Shown here in pieces: positions 25,263 through 37,924 of a stretch of 64,000 bases of DNA; the first letter of the stretch is position 1, and every line of letters starts with the position of its first letter. A program made the position numbers and the translations under genes. The stretch lies in NCBI GenBank assembly GCA_963514005.1, contig OY740781.1:177878001-177942000 (forward strand), in the 5' to 3' direction. This DNA comes from Raja brachyura (taxonomy: Eukaryota). A model generated the notes under the pieces. The model made no database searches. It was not told the origin of the DNA and was given only the letters and a program-made list of their open reading frames with translations.

Positions 25263-25930
25263 CCGTGTGGCGGGGAGAATGAATGAGGACGCTCTCCGAC
25301 TCCAGATGAAGTGCAGCAGTTCACCACGGCTCGACACCGCCTCCAGCTCCTGCCGCCCCGATGTCTCCTGGCCACCCCCCGCCCCCCCACCAGCCGGGGG
25401 TGGGGTGGGGTGGACCGTGGGCCCCGCTCACTTTCAGTACTTCAGTCAGGGGATAGCAAGCGGGCGGACTGGTCCGCCGCCCGTCGGTTGTGCCAAGTGC
25501 CACGGGCTCTCCTCGCTCCTCCAACATCAGGGGCGACCCCAGTTCCAACCCCCCCCCCCCCCCTACTGTGAGAGGGGAGCCAGGCCCACTTCACTTCACT
25601 CCACTCCGGCAGCTTCTTTTGTGGCTCAAATCCTCGAGCAGCTGCTCGCTGCCGGCCTCGCAGCCGAGCGCGGAGCCCGGTGCAGCCTGCAAACTTTCCC
25701 CACTCCTCGCCTTCCCAACCGTGCTCGCTCTCGCATCGCGCCGCCCCCTCCCTGCTTGATCGCCGCTCGGCTCGACTCGGCTGGGCTGGGCTGGGCCCGC
25801 CGTGTGTGGGGAGGGGGCGGCTCCCCTGCGCGCTCAGCCTCGCGCCGTGTCTGCGGCGGCCCCGGCGCACGAGCCGGCCGGCCGGTCCTGGTCGTTGGTT
25901 TCCACTGAAGTTGGAACGTGGAGACGAGGA
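25263..25930 (-). other. Probable first (5' UTR) exon of an unidentified minus-strand gene
   Basis: Perfect donor CGG|GTAAGT at 25263/25262 at the island edge, and a second donor CAG|GTAGGT at 25113. The TSS is approximate and no convincing ATG ORF was found. Confidence 0.6.
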
Positions 25931-25954
25931 AGTGAAAGGGGGAATGGAGCGAGA

Positions 25955-26045
25955 GAGTGAGGAGGGGCGGGGCAGAGCGAGTGAGGAGGGGCGGGGCGGG
26001 GCGAGTGAGGAGGGGCGGGGCGGGGCGAGTGAGGAGGGGCGGGGC
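25955..26045. repeat. 24-bp tandem repeat (~3.8 copies), each with GC boxes
   Basis: Unit GAGTGAGGAGGGGCGGGGC(GGGGC/AGAGC). Confidence 0.9.
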
Positions 26046-26165
26046 TGGGGTGGACAGGGCGGAGCGCAGGGAGGAGGGGGTGGGCGGGGCACAGGGCGGA
26101 GCGGCAGCCCCAGCGCACGCGCACACACGGCGCTGGGAAATGACGTCAGCCCAACTGATCGGAGG

Positions 26166-26240
26166 AACAACAACAACCGCCACCACCACCACCACCATCA
26201 TCATCACCACCACCATCATCATCATCATCATCATCATCAT
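26166..26240. repeat. Compound trinucleotide microsatellite (AAC)n(CAC)n(CAT)n
   Basis: Seen directly; ends at ATGGCG. Confidence 0.95.
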
Positions 26241-26380
26241 GGCGATGCTCACACTCCGCCACTCGGGAGAAGGCAGCAGTAAGTCGAGGATAGAAGGCAC
26301 AAGGGATTGCGGGATATCGGTTTACAAAAAATATATATAATAAAATCCTTTCAAAGTAATGGCGTAACTCACCATCTCTG

Positions 26381-27401
26381 TAGCAATGTTACGAAATTTT
26401 GAGATCATGTCTGCAATTTATCCCATCAGATAAAGCATAAAAAGAAGTTTAATTTGACACCTAATTCACTTTCATATCTTCAGTATTAAAAAAGTTATGG
26501 CCATTTGCATACTCGGACATTACCATCTTGTTCCCCATTGACTTATCTCAAAAGCTGTGATCTAGGACAGTCAAAAGCCCATAACTTTCTTAAAAATTAA
26601 TAGAACTCAATGAAATTTTCAGTTATTATAGATTGAAGCATTCTGAAACAAATACGAACCAATCTTACTTGGATGACCTGAAATTAAAGCATATAATTAG
26701 TTAGTAACCTAATTGTAGCTAATTACAACATTCAATTACTAGATCTAAACATCTATCCATTTCTTAAGAAATTATAAATATTTTTAAATTGCCTAAGTGT
26801 CCAAATAACATTCACACAATAATCCACAATATAACATGATTTTTAAATCTCATTTTCATTAATTAATAGGCCAAATTGAAGGAATTTAGTGTTTAATTCC
26901 TGTAAATTAATGGCCATTTAAATGAACTTGCGAGTGGGTTTTAGTGGAACGCGGTGGATTGGAGCGTTGCGGTTTGCGGTGAATTTAACCCCCAGTTGGC
27001 AGGAAAAATACAGCCGGTTCATTTTTTTTTTGCCCCCTTTTCGCAACATGAAAATTTGATTAAAGGCTTCCTAAGAAGCACGTTTTTATGTAAAAATAAA
27101 CTGTAGCTTCTTTTATCGCCTACGTTAGGTCCATTCCACTGTCGGCGTTCACAGCTTTAGAAGATGATTTTTAAACTACTCTAGGTAATAAATGATCTAG
27201 CATAGTTTAAAAATACCTTCATGAATGAAATGTCGGAGCGATTTCTCTTTAGCGACGAAATCGCCTGAGATGGATCAATTTGGACAGTCTAGGGAAAAAC
27301 GGCATTTTAAACCCGCCCCCCCTCTGAAAGGCGCCAAAGCCGCGCACGCGGGGAGTGGCAGAACTGCACTGCCGCTAAAGGTAGGTATTGTAACATACCT
27401 A
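26381..27401. mobile_element. Non-autonomous TIR DNA transposon, copy 1 (7-bp TSD)
   Basis: Termini TAGCAATGTTACGAAA ... TTGTAACATACCTA; TSD ATCTCTG on both sides; homologous to 42463-43507. Confidence 0.9.
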
Positions 27402-27745
27402 ATCTCTGGAGGACGTTTCGAACGGGGGACCCTTCCTAAGCATAGGAAGGAACTACTGATGCTGCTTTACACCAAAGACAGACACAAAGTAAGTGCCGGA
27501 GTAACTAAGCGGGTCGGGCAGGATCTCTGGAGAAGGGTCTCGAGTCCAAACGTTATAAGGTCATGTGATAGGAGTAGAATTAGGCCCTTCGGCCCATCGA
27601 GTCTACTCTGCCATGCAATCTTAGCTGATCGATTACTCTCTCCCAACCGCATTCTCCTTCCTTCTCCCCATAACCTCTGTCACCCATTCCTTTTCTCCAG
27701 AGATGCTGCCTGTCCCGCTGAGTTACTCCAGCATTTTGTGTCTCA
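27402..27745. mobile_element. Penelope terminal-unit fragments in both orientations, with a CR1 tail inserted
   Basis: 'gacgtttcg...acccttc', 'ggaaggaact..gatgctg', 'gagatgctgcctgtcccgctgagttactccagc'. Confidence 0.65.
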
Positions 27746-29289
27746 CTTCCTAAATTGCTTGTTGCAGTGGTTGTCAACTTCCGAGCTCATCGTTGGTCAG
27801 TAGTCTTACTTACCCTGATCAATAAAGTTTGTTAAGTGTAGGATATCAGGCTCTCATATTATTTGTATATTTCAACTAATTGTGGAGAAGATGAAACTCT
27901 GCTTTCAATGTAATGGCCATCGTATATCCACAGCGATTATTTGAATTCTGGAAAATGATTTATTAAAGGTATCGGAGAGTAGAAAATAGAACACCGTTGT
28001 TGCATTTACAGCCCAGGTGTCGTTCAAAGGGCTTTGTGAGTGGCTGGAGTAAGGGGAAATACGTTCTGAATAAACGGGACGGATTACTGATGGGAAAAAT
28101 AAAGTTGTGAAACTAAATATAACCAATAGCAGAAGAATAAGCTGAAATACAGACGTGCAGTGTAAAAAACATAACGGGAATAAAGGGAATATTGCCGTGA
28201 ATAAAATGCAACAAAACTAGAAAAGATAATGAAATACATTTTTCTCATCATTAAATCCACATACGAGGTTTAAGTCAGAATTTAAACCAATATAGTAGTA
28301 AAAAAATAGAGAAATTTAGTTTAAAATGTGTTATAAACAGTGGAATTTTAGGTGAACAAAGTCATCTTGGATTAGATGGTGGACTGAGAATTGGGCTACA
28401 AAGAATGTATTAATCAAAATCTGAAGGAGATAAAGGCATGAATTGAATTGCTTGGTGGCTTGAAATATTACAGAGGTGTGAATAGGAACACACTATTGAA
28501 TGTGCTATGTAATTGAATGCTTGCAAAGTTCAGGATGTTATAAGCAATCTGTTTCAGTCTGAGCCCTATATCAGTGAAGATGATAGAATTAGCAGATATG
28601 GGAATTTTGTGGCATTTTGGCTTTGGCATTTAACTGGAAAAATATTCATCCAAAATTGGATGTTGGGCAAGCAATGGCAATGGAAAAGCAAGAAAGGCAA
28701 GACATGCAGAATACCTCAATGACCTTTGTATGCCACCAGAAAGTGACTAATTACCTGATCTAATGTCCATGTATCATGGTGATTATGCCCAGGTGCGGCA
28801 TTTAAATGAAGAACAGGATCAGGGCAAAGATTATCCTCGGAGAACTTAATGAGTTATTATGTTGAGATGAGAAGAGAACCCACTAAGAGAGATGAGGAAG
28901 ATAACCCACTGATAGTCTTCATTCATTCATCGTCGTTGACAATATTAGCGACGCAGTGGTGCTGGTTTCCAACGGGAACGGTGACGGACGCACCACACAT
29001 CTCTGTCCTCCAGTTCCTGTGGACTTCCGCCGCTGGAAGTATAGGATTTTGGTGTGTGTGCTTTATCATCATTCCTTACAATGCTATGTACAACAGTGAT
29101 CGCAACTTCGACTGAAGTGTGGATGGCCGTTGGCTCGCTAGAAGCTCATCCGCCCTTTGACAGGTCTTGTTTTTGGTGCAGCTGGGGGTCCACAGCCCCT
29201 CCTCACCTGGCAAACCGGGTGGGGGAGATGGTTTAGTCGCTGATTATCCGATCATGGAGCAGGTAGCACAGGATTACATGTGGCGGAGG

Positions 29290-29860
29290 GAACGATGGTC
29301 AATATGGGAATGGAAGGGGGATTACAATGGTTAGCAACTGGGGAATCCAACTGGCGTAGGCGGACCAAGTGCAAGTGTTCGGCAAAACATTGTCTAGTCA
29401 ATGTTTGGTCTTGCTGATGTAAAGGAGGCCACATCAGGAATATCAAATGCAGTAGATGAGCTCAGAGGTGGTACATGTGAACCTCTGCCCAACCTAGAGG
29501 GGCTGCTGGAGTTCCTGGATGGGGTGAGGAGGAGTTGAGGGGCAAGTAATGCATCTCCTGTGGTTTCATGGTTAAGGTACCTGTGGAGAGGGTGGCTTGA
29601 GTAGGAAGAGATGAGCAAACCAAGGAGTAGCTGAGGGTCTGATCTCTTCAGAAAGCAGAAAGGGTGGGGACGGGAAGAGGTGATTTGTGGTGGGATCATG
29701 TTGCTGTTAGCAAAAATGTCAGAGAATGATGTGTTGGATGCAAAGGTTGGCCTGGAGAAAGGAAAGGACCTACTTGTTCCATCTGGGGGGAGGGGGAGTA
29801 AGAGCAGAACTGTGGGACACTGAGGCAACATGGGCGAGGGAGCCATTCATAACAGCGAAA
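29290..29860 (-). mobile_element. Degenerate Penelope-like element (GIY-YIG region)
   Basis: CFAEHLHLV...PVANHCN remnant, homologous to 19325-20000. Confidence 0.75.
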
Positions 29861-32259
29861 ACTATTGGAAAACATTTACAGCTGTGGAGAAGGATAATTT
29901 GTTAGAAAGTTTGCACAAATGAGGCAACGGGTAGAACTGCAGAGTTAAAAAAAAAGGTAATTATTTGGTGGGAGTGTCCATAGGAACCTAAATACTCAGG
30001 TATTCAGAAAGAAAATTGAATGCAAATTGCTGTGAAATGCATGTAGAACAAGAATATTATAATAAATGATTTCAAATACCCTAACACTGTTCTGTACAAC
30101 TTTTTCTGCGAGGACAAGATTTAATATCCAATCCACTACCAGAGATGCAGGCATGCATGAGACGCAGACTTTGTTTTCACCATTCAGTTCCAAAATCCAA
30201 AGACAGAAATACAATTTCTGGTAGAATACCATAGTCTTCATTGCTCCACCATCTGCTGCTTCACCACCACTCTGCTGACTCCCTACTGTCTGTTCACTGA
30301 TCCATATGTTTGGTGCTCTTTTCCTCCTCACCAAGCCTGTGCTCACTTGGGTTATGCTCCACTGTTTTACAATGAGGGATGTGTGCCAGCAGTCCTAAAC
30401 CCCGATGTCATACATTGACAGATCCATGCACATCAGTATTGTATCTCTTTTCGAATGACAGAGCTATGACTACAAGTAGTGTACATTTGTCTCTCGAGCT
30501 GAATGTGAACCTGGATGTAGACTGAAACCAGAGTATTAAACCAAGTCCAACATAAGCACTTGGATATCTCTTCTCTCTGACCGCAGTTCTCAACCCATTC
30601 TGGTCTAGGTGTGGCTTAAGATCACATCGGTTTGGCCCTGGAGACCTGTGCCCAATGTTGGATAAGTCCCAGTGATCCATGACTATTCACTTGAGCTTTA
30701 AGAAACTGAGACCAGGCAGGCTTCAAAAGGAGTTGATTCCTACCTTCAGCCACAACTCTCCCCCTAGTCACCTGGTGATGTCACAGGTCGCGCCTTTTAA
30801 GGATTTGGAGGATATGTTCAACCACTGTAGGCAAGTCTACGTGAAGGCAGCAAGCATGGTGAACAGCCAGATGAGACAGAAGCAGGTTTGCAAGTGTGAG
30901 CTGGATAAACTTATCCTGCAAGTCAGATGTGGATTGTTGGCTGTTGTTGTATACCAGAACCTAAAATTAACAGAGACATTCACAGTATAAAGTGCATTAA
31001 AATATGCTTAAAATGGTTCAATAATTATTTTAATTAATATGTGGCAAGGCCAACAGTGGGAGGATCGTGATGGAAGGAGCAATCATAATTCAGTGAGATT
31101 TAACTGTCAACTGAGGAGAAATATAGACCAGGAGTAAAAATTCGACATTAGAAAATAGCTAATTTCAGCAGGCTGAGATCTGACATGGCTGAAGTGGAGA
31201 GGAATGGAGAAACTGCCATGGTGTTGATTTCATAAAGTAAAAAGGGGTAATTTGAGCAAGTCAACTTAAAAATGGGCATGTTTTTGGAAACAAACGTAAA
31301 GGATGGAGCAAGTCAGCATTTAGAGAGGCAAGTTATTCAAAGACAGCCAGCATGGATTTCTTAAGGAAGGTCATGTCTGTCTAAGTTAATAGAATTTTGG
31401 GGGAATTATCAAGGAGTGTCAATGTGTAACATAGATTTTTGCAGTTGTTTGACAAATCCCATGTTGTAGAATAGTAAGGGAAGTTAAAATCCGTTTCTGT
31501 TCAATTCCAGTGACAAATTGGATAAAAAATTGACTCTGCAAGAAAAAGAAAATGATTTATGCTGGCAGGAGTTTTGGTAACTGGAGAGCTACAGGCAGAC
31601 CAGGAGTAAATGTTCTAATTTAGGAAAAGGCAATTTCACTAAGCTGAGACCTGATTTAACAAAATTGGAGAGGGGATGGTGATTTGAGGACTGGGAGGTT
31701 GTTGGTGTAATGTGATTTTTCAAGAGGGAAGAAAAGGTCGATTAATACAAGGGGATAGCAGTAGGTGTATTAAAATTGTCTCAGTGGGGAAAATCTAAGG
31801 GTAATAGCCAACAGGAGTTTTGGTGACGTGTTACTTTACTTTCTTAGGCTTCTGAGAATGTTCAACATGTCCATGAGGATTCTCCCAAACATCTAGGATG
31901 AACTACAGACAATATTCTGACAGGCTGCATTTCAGCCTGATATGGTTGGTTGGTTGGGGGCGCTGTGGTCGGGTGGGGGCGCTGCTAGTCGGCTGCCCTG
32001 TCAGCAGCGTGTTCGTTATTTTGACTTTTTTTTAGTATGTCCAAATGCTGTTTTAGTGTCTCTCGGTATGTCCTGTGAACTGGATACTTCAACCTACTCC
32101 AGTCGAGCAGCTCCCTATAGAAACATAGAAACATAGAAAATAGGTACAGGAGGAGGCCATTTGGCCCTTCGAGCCAGCACCGCCATTCATTGTGATCATG
32201 GCTGATCGTCCCAAATCAATAACCCGTGCCTGCCTTCTCCCCATATCCCTTGATTCCAC

Positions 32260-32848
32260 TATACTTGCAGGCATTCCGCCTGCAGGGATCCGAAGGCAAG
32301 CAGCAACTCTGGCACTATCTCGTCGTGCCATGGACCTAGATCACCTCCTCCATCAGGCGTTCAGCAGAGAGCAGAGGCCACCCCGATTGAAGTCCCGTCA
32401 CCCCTTTGCTCCACATCGAAAACAACTCCTGACATCCATCCAGCCAACTGAGACAAAAGCACACTGGCTAGCCACCAAGTGGTCGCAGGAGTGGAAGGCA
32501 ACCTCCTCTCCATTACACAGCTACATCTCCTCACGAGATAAAAGCTGTCCAGGGTCTGACCGCCCAGAGGAGCATGGGTGAAGCTCAACAGACTTTGTAC
32601 TGGAGTTGGGCGTTTCAATGCCAGCATGTGGAGATGGTGACTCCGCCCGAGCCCAGCCTGTGAATGCGGAGCAGAACAACAGACAGCCAACCATGTCATC
32701 TCTGGGTGCTCGCTCTGCCACCCACCAAATGGAGCTCAGGGCCTGGCAGACATTGACGCAGAAACAACAACCTGGCTGCTCAACACCCGGCTTGAGATCT
32801 AACGATTCCTTCGGATTATGTTTCATTCGCAAGAAGAAGTAGAAGAAG
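32260..32848 (+). mobile_element. Vingi/Ingi-like LINE 3' end
   Basis: LAGIPPAGIRR, RLKSRHPF, then (frameshift) WVKLNRLCTGVGRF and CECGAEQQTANHVISGC zinc knuckle; short 3' UTR with (AAG)n tail. Confidence 0.7.
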
Positions 32849-34127
32849 GTATGAATTGTATGGGGGGTGGTGGGGAGGAAAAGGGGGAAACCGTTTTTCA
32901 GTCACTTCCTCGACGGAGAGGCGACTTTTTCCATGTCACTTCTTCGCCTCTCCTCTCGCAGCCTAACAGCTTGGATTGGAACGGCATTTCCTGGAGTCGG
33001 GCCTGGAGCTTCAGCAGCGGGCGCAGCGTGGACTCTTCCATCGCGGAGTGGGCGAATCCTTGCCGGGGGTCGCCAGAAGTGCTCCGATCACTGGCCTGGT
33101 GATTTTGGCATCATGGGGCTGTGGTCTGCGGAGCGTCTAGCTGAGGGCATGGCGTGGACTTACCACCCGGAGCATGGGATCCCTTCCCTGGGATCGCCGG
33201 AGAAGAACTCCGACCGCTGGCCTGTGGCCTATAACATCCTGAAGCCGGTAAGAAAGTGGCCGACTCGGGCACTCCAAGCTACGGGGTGTGTCGGAGTGTC
33301 GATCATCCCGACAAGAGGGCTTGTACGTCGGGCTGTCTATAGCAGCGACTACGGAGTGTTCATGGCCCCGACCACGAATGAACAAAGGAGGAGGACTAAC
33401 TGAACTTTATTGCCTTCCACCACAATAAAGTATGCTGTGTTGTATGTTTATGTTAAATTCTATTGTGTACTGTGTGTTCTTTTATCAACTATCGCTGCAT
33501 GACAAATTAATTTCACTGTACCTTAGTTGACTTTGACTTTGACTTTGGGACCCGCTCTACTTTTGATTACCTGAACCTGCAGAAAATGGTGTTCATTGCC
33601 CAGTCCATCATTGGCTCGTCACTTTTTTCTTTTTAGTGCATATTGATGGTGTGTTCCATCATGCAGATTGGTTGTATCATCAAGGATGTCTGCCACACTG
33701 ACTAACCCCTTTTCCCTTTTCTACTTTCTGGAAGAATATGCAGGAACTTGAAAGTCTGGATGTCCAAGCTATCCCCCCCCCTGCTTTCAGACTCCTGAAA
33801 CAATCACCTCTTTCACACCTCATTCACAGAAGTGTTGTCATGTTTGCTTACTCTTAACTCTACCACATTCAGTTATTCTGTTATAGCACTAATTCAATTG
33901 CACTACAATCTTTGTACCATTCCTCTGTTTTGCTTACGTCGTATTCATAGTTGTACTTATCGTTAGCGTGCATATTGTTTACTTTTTGAGCTTCTTGCGA
34001 ACAAGGATTTTCATTGCATGCTGGTGCACTTGACAGTAAACTAAACTGAATCTGAATCTAAAGCATCCGGATGATCACTTGAAGAATTATAATCTTCAGA
34101 ACTATGGACCAATAACTGAGAAATTCT

Positions 34128-34322
34128 TAGTTTAGATATACAGCGCGGAAACAGGCTCTTTGAAAAAACCGAAGATCTAGGAGAAAGATCACATGATGAC
34201 AGGGAGAACGTACAAACTCCGCACAGACAGCACCCATAGTCGAGATCGAACCTGGGTCTCCGGCACTGCAAGCTCTGTAAGGCAGCAACTCTATCACTGC
34301 CTTACAGCGCCATCGTGCCACC
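34128..34322 (-). mobile_element. V-SINE (internally deleted)
   Basis: tRNA-like head on minus strand with CR1-like tail. Confidence 0.8.
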
Positions 34323-36214
34323 CCAATATGATTAATTAAATGTGATTAATTTAGTTCACTTTTACCCAGCAGGGACCAAAAAGGCTTAATGGGCTTTATA
34401 ATAGTCTTGTTCTATAAATTACAAAACTGACCAAGGGACTTAATAATCCAAATACATGCTAAATATTCCGTGGGAAAATAAAGAGGAAGTTTCATGTAAA
34501 ACGACCTGGATTCAAAATATGTTTTTTTTCCCTTTTCTTGCTAGTTTCCTCCCTTTTCCTAAATATATAGAGTGCTACATGAACATGAATTCTTGATCTC
34601 GGGCTTATTGCCCAATACTACATCACCAAGAGGATATTGTTCAAAGGTGAGCCTTGGCATTGTATATTAGCAGGCTGTTCAAACATCAGGATATCACAGC
34701 TGAGTCCTGCCTTTGTTACCCTCACCCAACATCCGCATTTGCCCATCCAATTGTGGTTACTGTATAATAATCAGGAATGGGAACTTGGCTTCATTAACTC
34801 ACTGATAATTATTGTCATGTAGTCGCATTGGCTGAAAAGAACAATGAATCTGGGATTATGGCCAAAAAGATCAGCCACTGTCTGAATAAATTCAAGGAAA
34901 CCGTTTATTCTATGTTGCTGTTTTTCACACCAGGAAAGAGATTTTGGATCTCTCACCCATTCATTGAGTAAGCTGAATAGTATTAAAGCATTCAAATGGA
35001 TACTAAGAATTTCTGGCACAGCAATGATGTTTTACTGGTAGGATCCAAGCAGTACTATTTTGTTCAGGTTTATGAAAACATGATTCTCACAAAGAATGAT
35101 ACGGAGTGCTGGAGTAACTCTGCAGATCAGGCAGCATCTCTGGAGAACATGGATATGTAACATTTCTGGTCAGGACACAAAATGTCACCTATCTATTTTA
35201 TCCAGTGATGCTGCCTTACCCACTGAATTACTCCACAACTCCAGTCTTTGGTAAACCAGCATCCGCAATTTCATGTGCCTCCAATACTGACAAAGCATTG
35301 ATTTGAGACTATTTCTTTGGGGAAGAATAGATTTATTCAAAGCAAAAACATGTAAAGCTCCAATCAATAATTAATTGAATTCAGGTCAGCGTCACAAATT
35401 GGTAAACTGCTTTGATGTATAAAAGCGAGTTATTTCAGTTGATGTGTGTATGTGTAGATTGCAAATAAAAGTATTTAATTTTCAAAATGATTTTTGCTAT
35501 GAATTAATTATGATTGGGTATTTATTCTGATACAGCAGGACATTTGAACAATGTAGCAATAATTAATGAAGTATTGAAGTTCTAAGTTACAAAGGTTTGT
35601 TCAGTTGAAGCAGTAACTCAGCAATCTGATATTTCTGAATAAAAACATTGTCACACAGTTCCTCATTAGGAAGATGATAATGTCTAAACAGATTTTTCCA
35701 TATGGGTGCATTTAAAAAATAATCTCAAGCTGGAATGCTCCATCATGAAGTTTGGTGATAAATTGTTATTCATTCCTTCATAACTTTCAAAGGATCAAGA
35801 TGCCTTGTGACAGAAATCCTCATCATCTGGTTGTAAATCTGATGATATTTGTATCCTAACCCCACTTCCCAAGGACTACAGTACAAATTAAGCATCACAT
35901 GAAGCTCTTAAGTACAAATCAAGTCAGTTCATTAACCAGGCACCCTCTTATCAATTAAACTTGGAACAGAAAAAATAACTTAAATATGGGAAGTGCAGTG
36001 ACAGAGGAAATAAGGAGTTGGAAAGAAAGGTGGTCACAGTTTTTTTTGCTGCTTTGAAGTCCAGAAGAGAAGACGGGGTTTCATTCCAAGGACGCCATAA
36101 AGTCATACCGCATGGAAACTGGCTCCTCAGCCCAGCTACACCCATTTCCCCATCTTTGGCCCATATACAAACCCCAATCTGTACAAATTGGCATCAATAC
36201 TTCCTTCTTGATAA

Positions 36215-37335
36215 CCACAGACATTGGAGCACCTTAAGGCTGCGTGCTTAGCCCTCTGCTCTACTCTCTCCATACTCATGACTATGTGGCCGGACACAGT
36301 TCAAACTCAAGTTTGCAAATCACATCACCGTTGTTGGACAAATTACAGATGACGATGAGTCAGAGAATAGGAGGGCGATCAATCGACCAAATGGTGCTGG
36401 ACAACAACCCTGCTCTCAATATCAGTAAGATCAAAGAACTGATTGTGGAGGATGGAACTGGAGTGAGGAAGGTTTAAACTGAAGATAGACACAAAAAGCT
36501 GGAGTAACTCAGCGGGACAGGCAGCATCTCTGGAGAGAAGGAATGGGTGACGTTTCGGGTCGAGACTCTTCTTCAGACTGAAAAACACGGGAAAGGGAAA
36601 CGAGAGATATAGACGATGATGCAGAGAGATATAGAACAATGAATGAATTATATGAAAAAAAGTAACGATGATAAAGGAAGCAGGCCATTCTTAGCTGTTT
36701 GCTAGGTGAAAATGAGAAGCTGATGTAACTTGGGTAGGGGAGAGATGGTGAGATAGGGAATGCTGGGGTTACTTGAAATTAGAGAAATCAATATTCACAC
36801 CACTGAACTGTAAGCTGCCCCAACGAAATATGAGATGCTGTACTGATTGTGGGTTTTGGAAGAGGAGGGAGGAGGGTCCACAAACCTGTCTTCATCAACG
36901 GGACGGTGGTGGAGAGAGTAAAATGCTTCAAATTCCTGGGTGTGTGTATCTCTGAAGATTTGTCTTGGACCCAGCACTTTGATGCAATTATAAAGAAAGC
37001 CCATCAAGCCTCTACATCCTGAGATGATGAAGAGATTCATGTCCACAAATACTGTTGAACTTCTACAGGTGTACAGCAGAGAGCTTATTGACTGGTTGCA
37101 TCACGGCCTGGTTCGGCAACTTGAATGCCCAGGATCGAAAAAGAATGCAAAAAGTGGTGAACACTACCCAGTCCATGTTGGGCACTGACCTCCCCACCAT
37201 TGAAGGGATCAACAGGAGTCACTGCCTCAAAAAGGTAGCCAGCATCATCAGAGACCCACACCACCCTGGCCACATTCTCATTTCACGTTTGCCTTTGAAA
37301 GAAGGTACAGGAGCCTGAAAACAGTAACATCCAAC
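36215..37335 (+). mobile_element. Rex1/Babar LINE fragment with nested minus-strand Penelope end (36450-36842)
   Basis: LSPLLYSLHTHD, NFYRCTAESLLTGCITAWFGN. The insert carries the gacgtttcgggtcgaga.tcttcttcag core. Confidence 0.85.
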
Positions 37336-37924
37336 CATCCAATACACCTGTCCTATCTTTCTATTTCTATTCTCACTAGGTAATTTGGAAACTGAGAGGA
37401 AGAACAGATATTGGGAAGAGAGTTCATGGTTGGAGGAGAACAGGGAGATAGTGTAAGACTAATTGGAGATTGAATTAGAGGCTTATTAGAAATGAGAGGA
37501 ACAATTTTTCTTCTTCGATGTTCACACACAAGATTAGAAGTTGTTCAGCCAGAGCTGAACACACTTCTTGGCATCTGCATGCAATGGTGTCTTGTCTTGC
37601 GCTTCTTGTGCGTGGTGGTGGAAAGATTGGTGGAAACAGGGTCGCGACGAGAACACTCTTTCCTTGACCCCTAGGAACAATTGTTGAAGCAGATAAACTA
37701 GATTAAGTCATAGGTGGAAAAATATGTGATGTATCCAACCATGCTCACCTTATTTTACTGAATTATTTCTTAGAGTACTGTGTAACTTCAGCTAGCCGAT
37801 GTAAATTTGAAATGGTGGTTAATTATAAGGAACACAGCCCAATGATGATGCTGATTTTTCTAAAAGACCTTCTGGGATTTAGTTGGTTACCTATTATCAT
37901 CCTACTCTGGGTACAGTTTCAGAT

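Larger units (their letters stand above)
25190..26320. promoter_or_regulatory. CpG-island promoter
   Basis: GC- and CpG-dense unique sequence. Contains multiple GGGGCGGGGC boxes, a full CRE TGACGTCA (26141-26148), GGAAGTGAAA (~25928) and an NRF1-like GCGCACGCGC. Confidence 0.9.

Noticed and set aside
25249-26340. Long overlapping ORFs (200-244 aa) including poly-His and poly-Met/Val tracts
   Set aside because: Expected in stop-poor GC-rich and trinucleotide sequence; low complexity, no domain, several lack a true ATG
27225-27803. 192-aa ORF
   Set aside because: Chimeric read-through of the TIR element end, PLE termini and a CR1 tail
28930-29280. CpG-retaining segment resembling a LINE 5' region or SINE
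   Set aside because: Could not define ends or family from sequence alone
31125-31675. Diverged direct repeat (agaccaggagtaaa...)
   Set aside because: Two old CR1 fragments; nothing beyond ordinary TE debris
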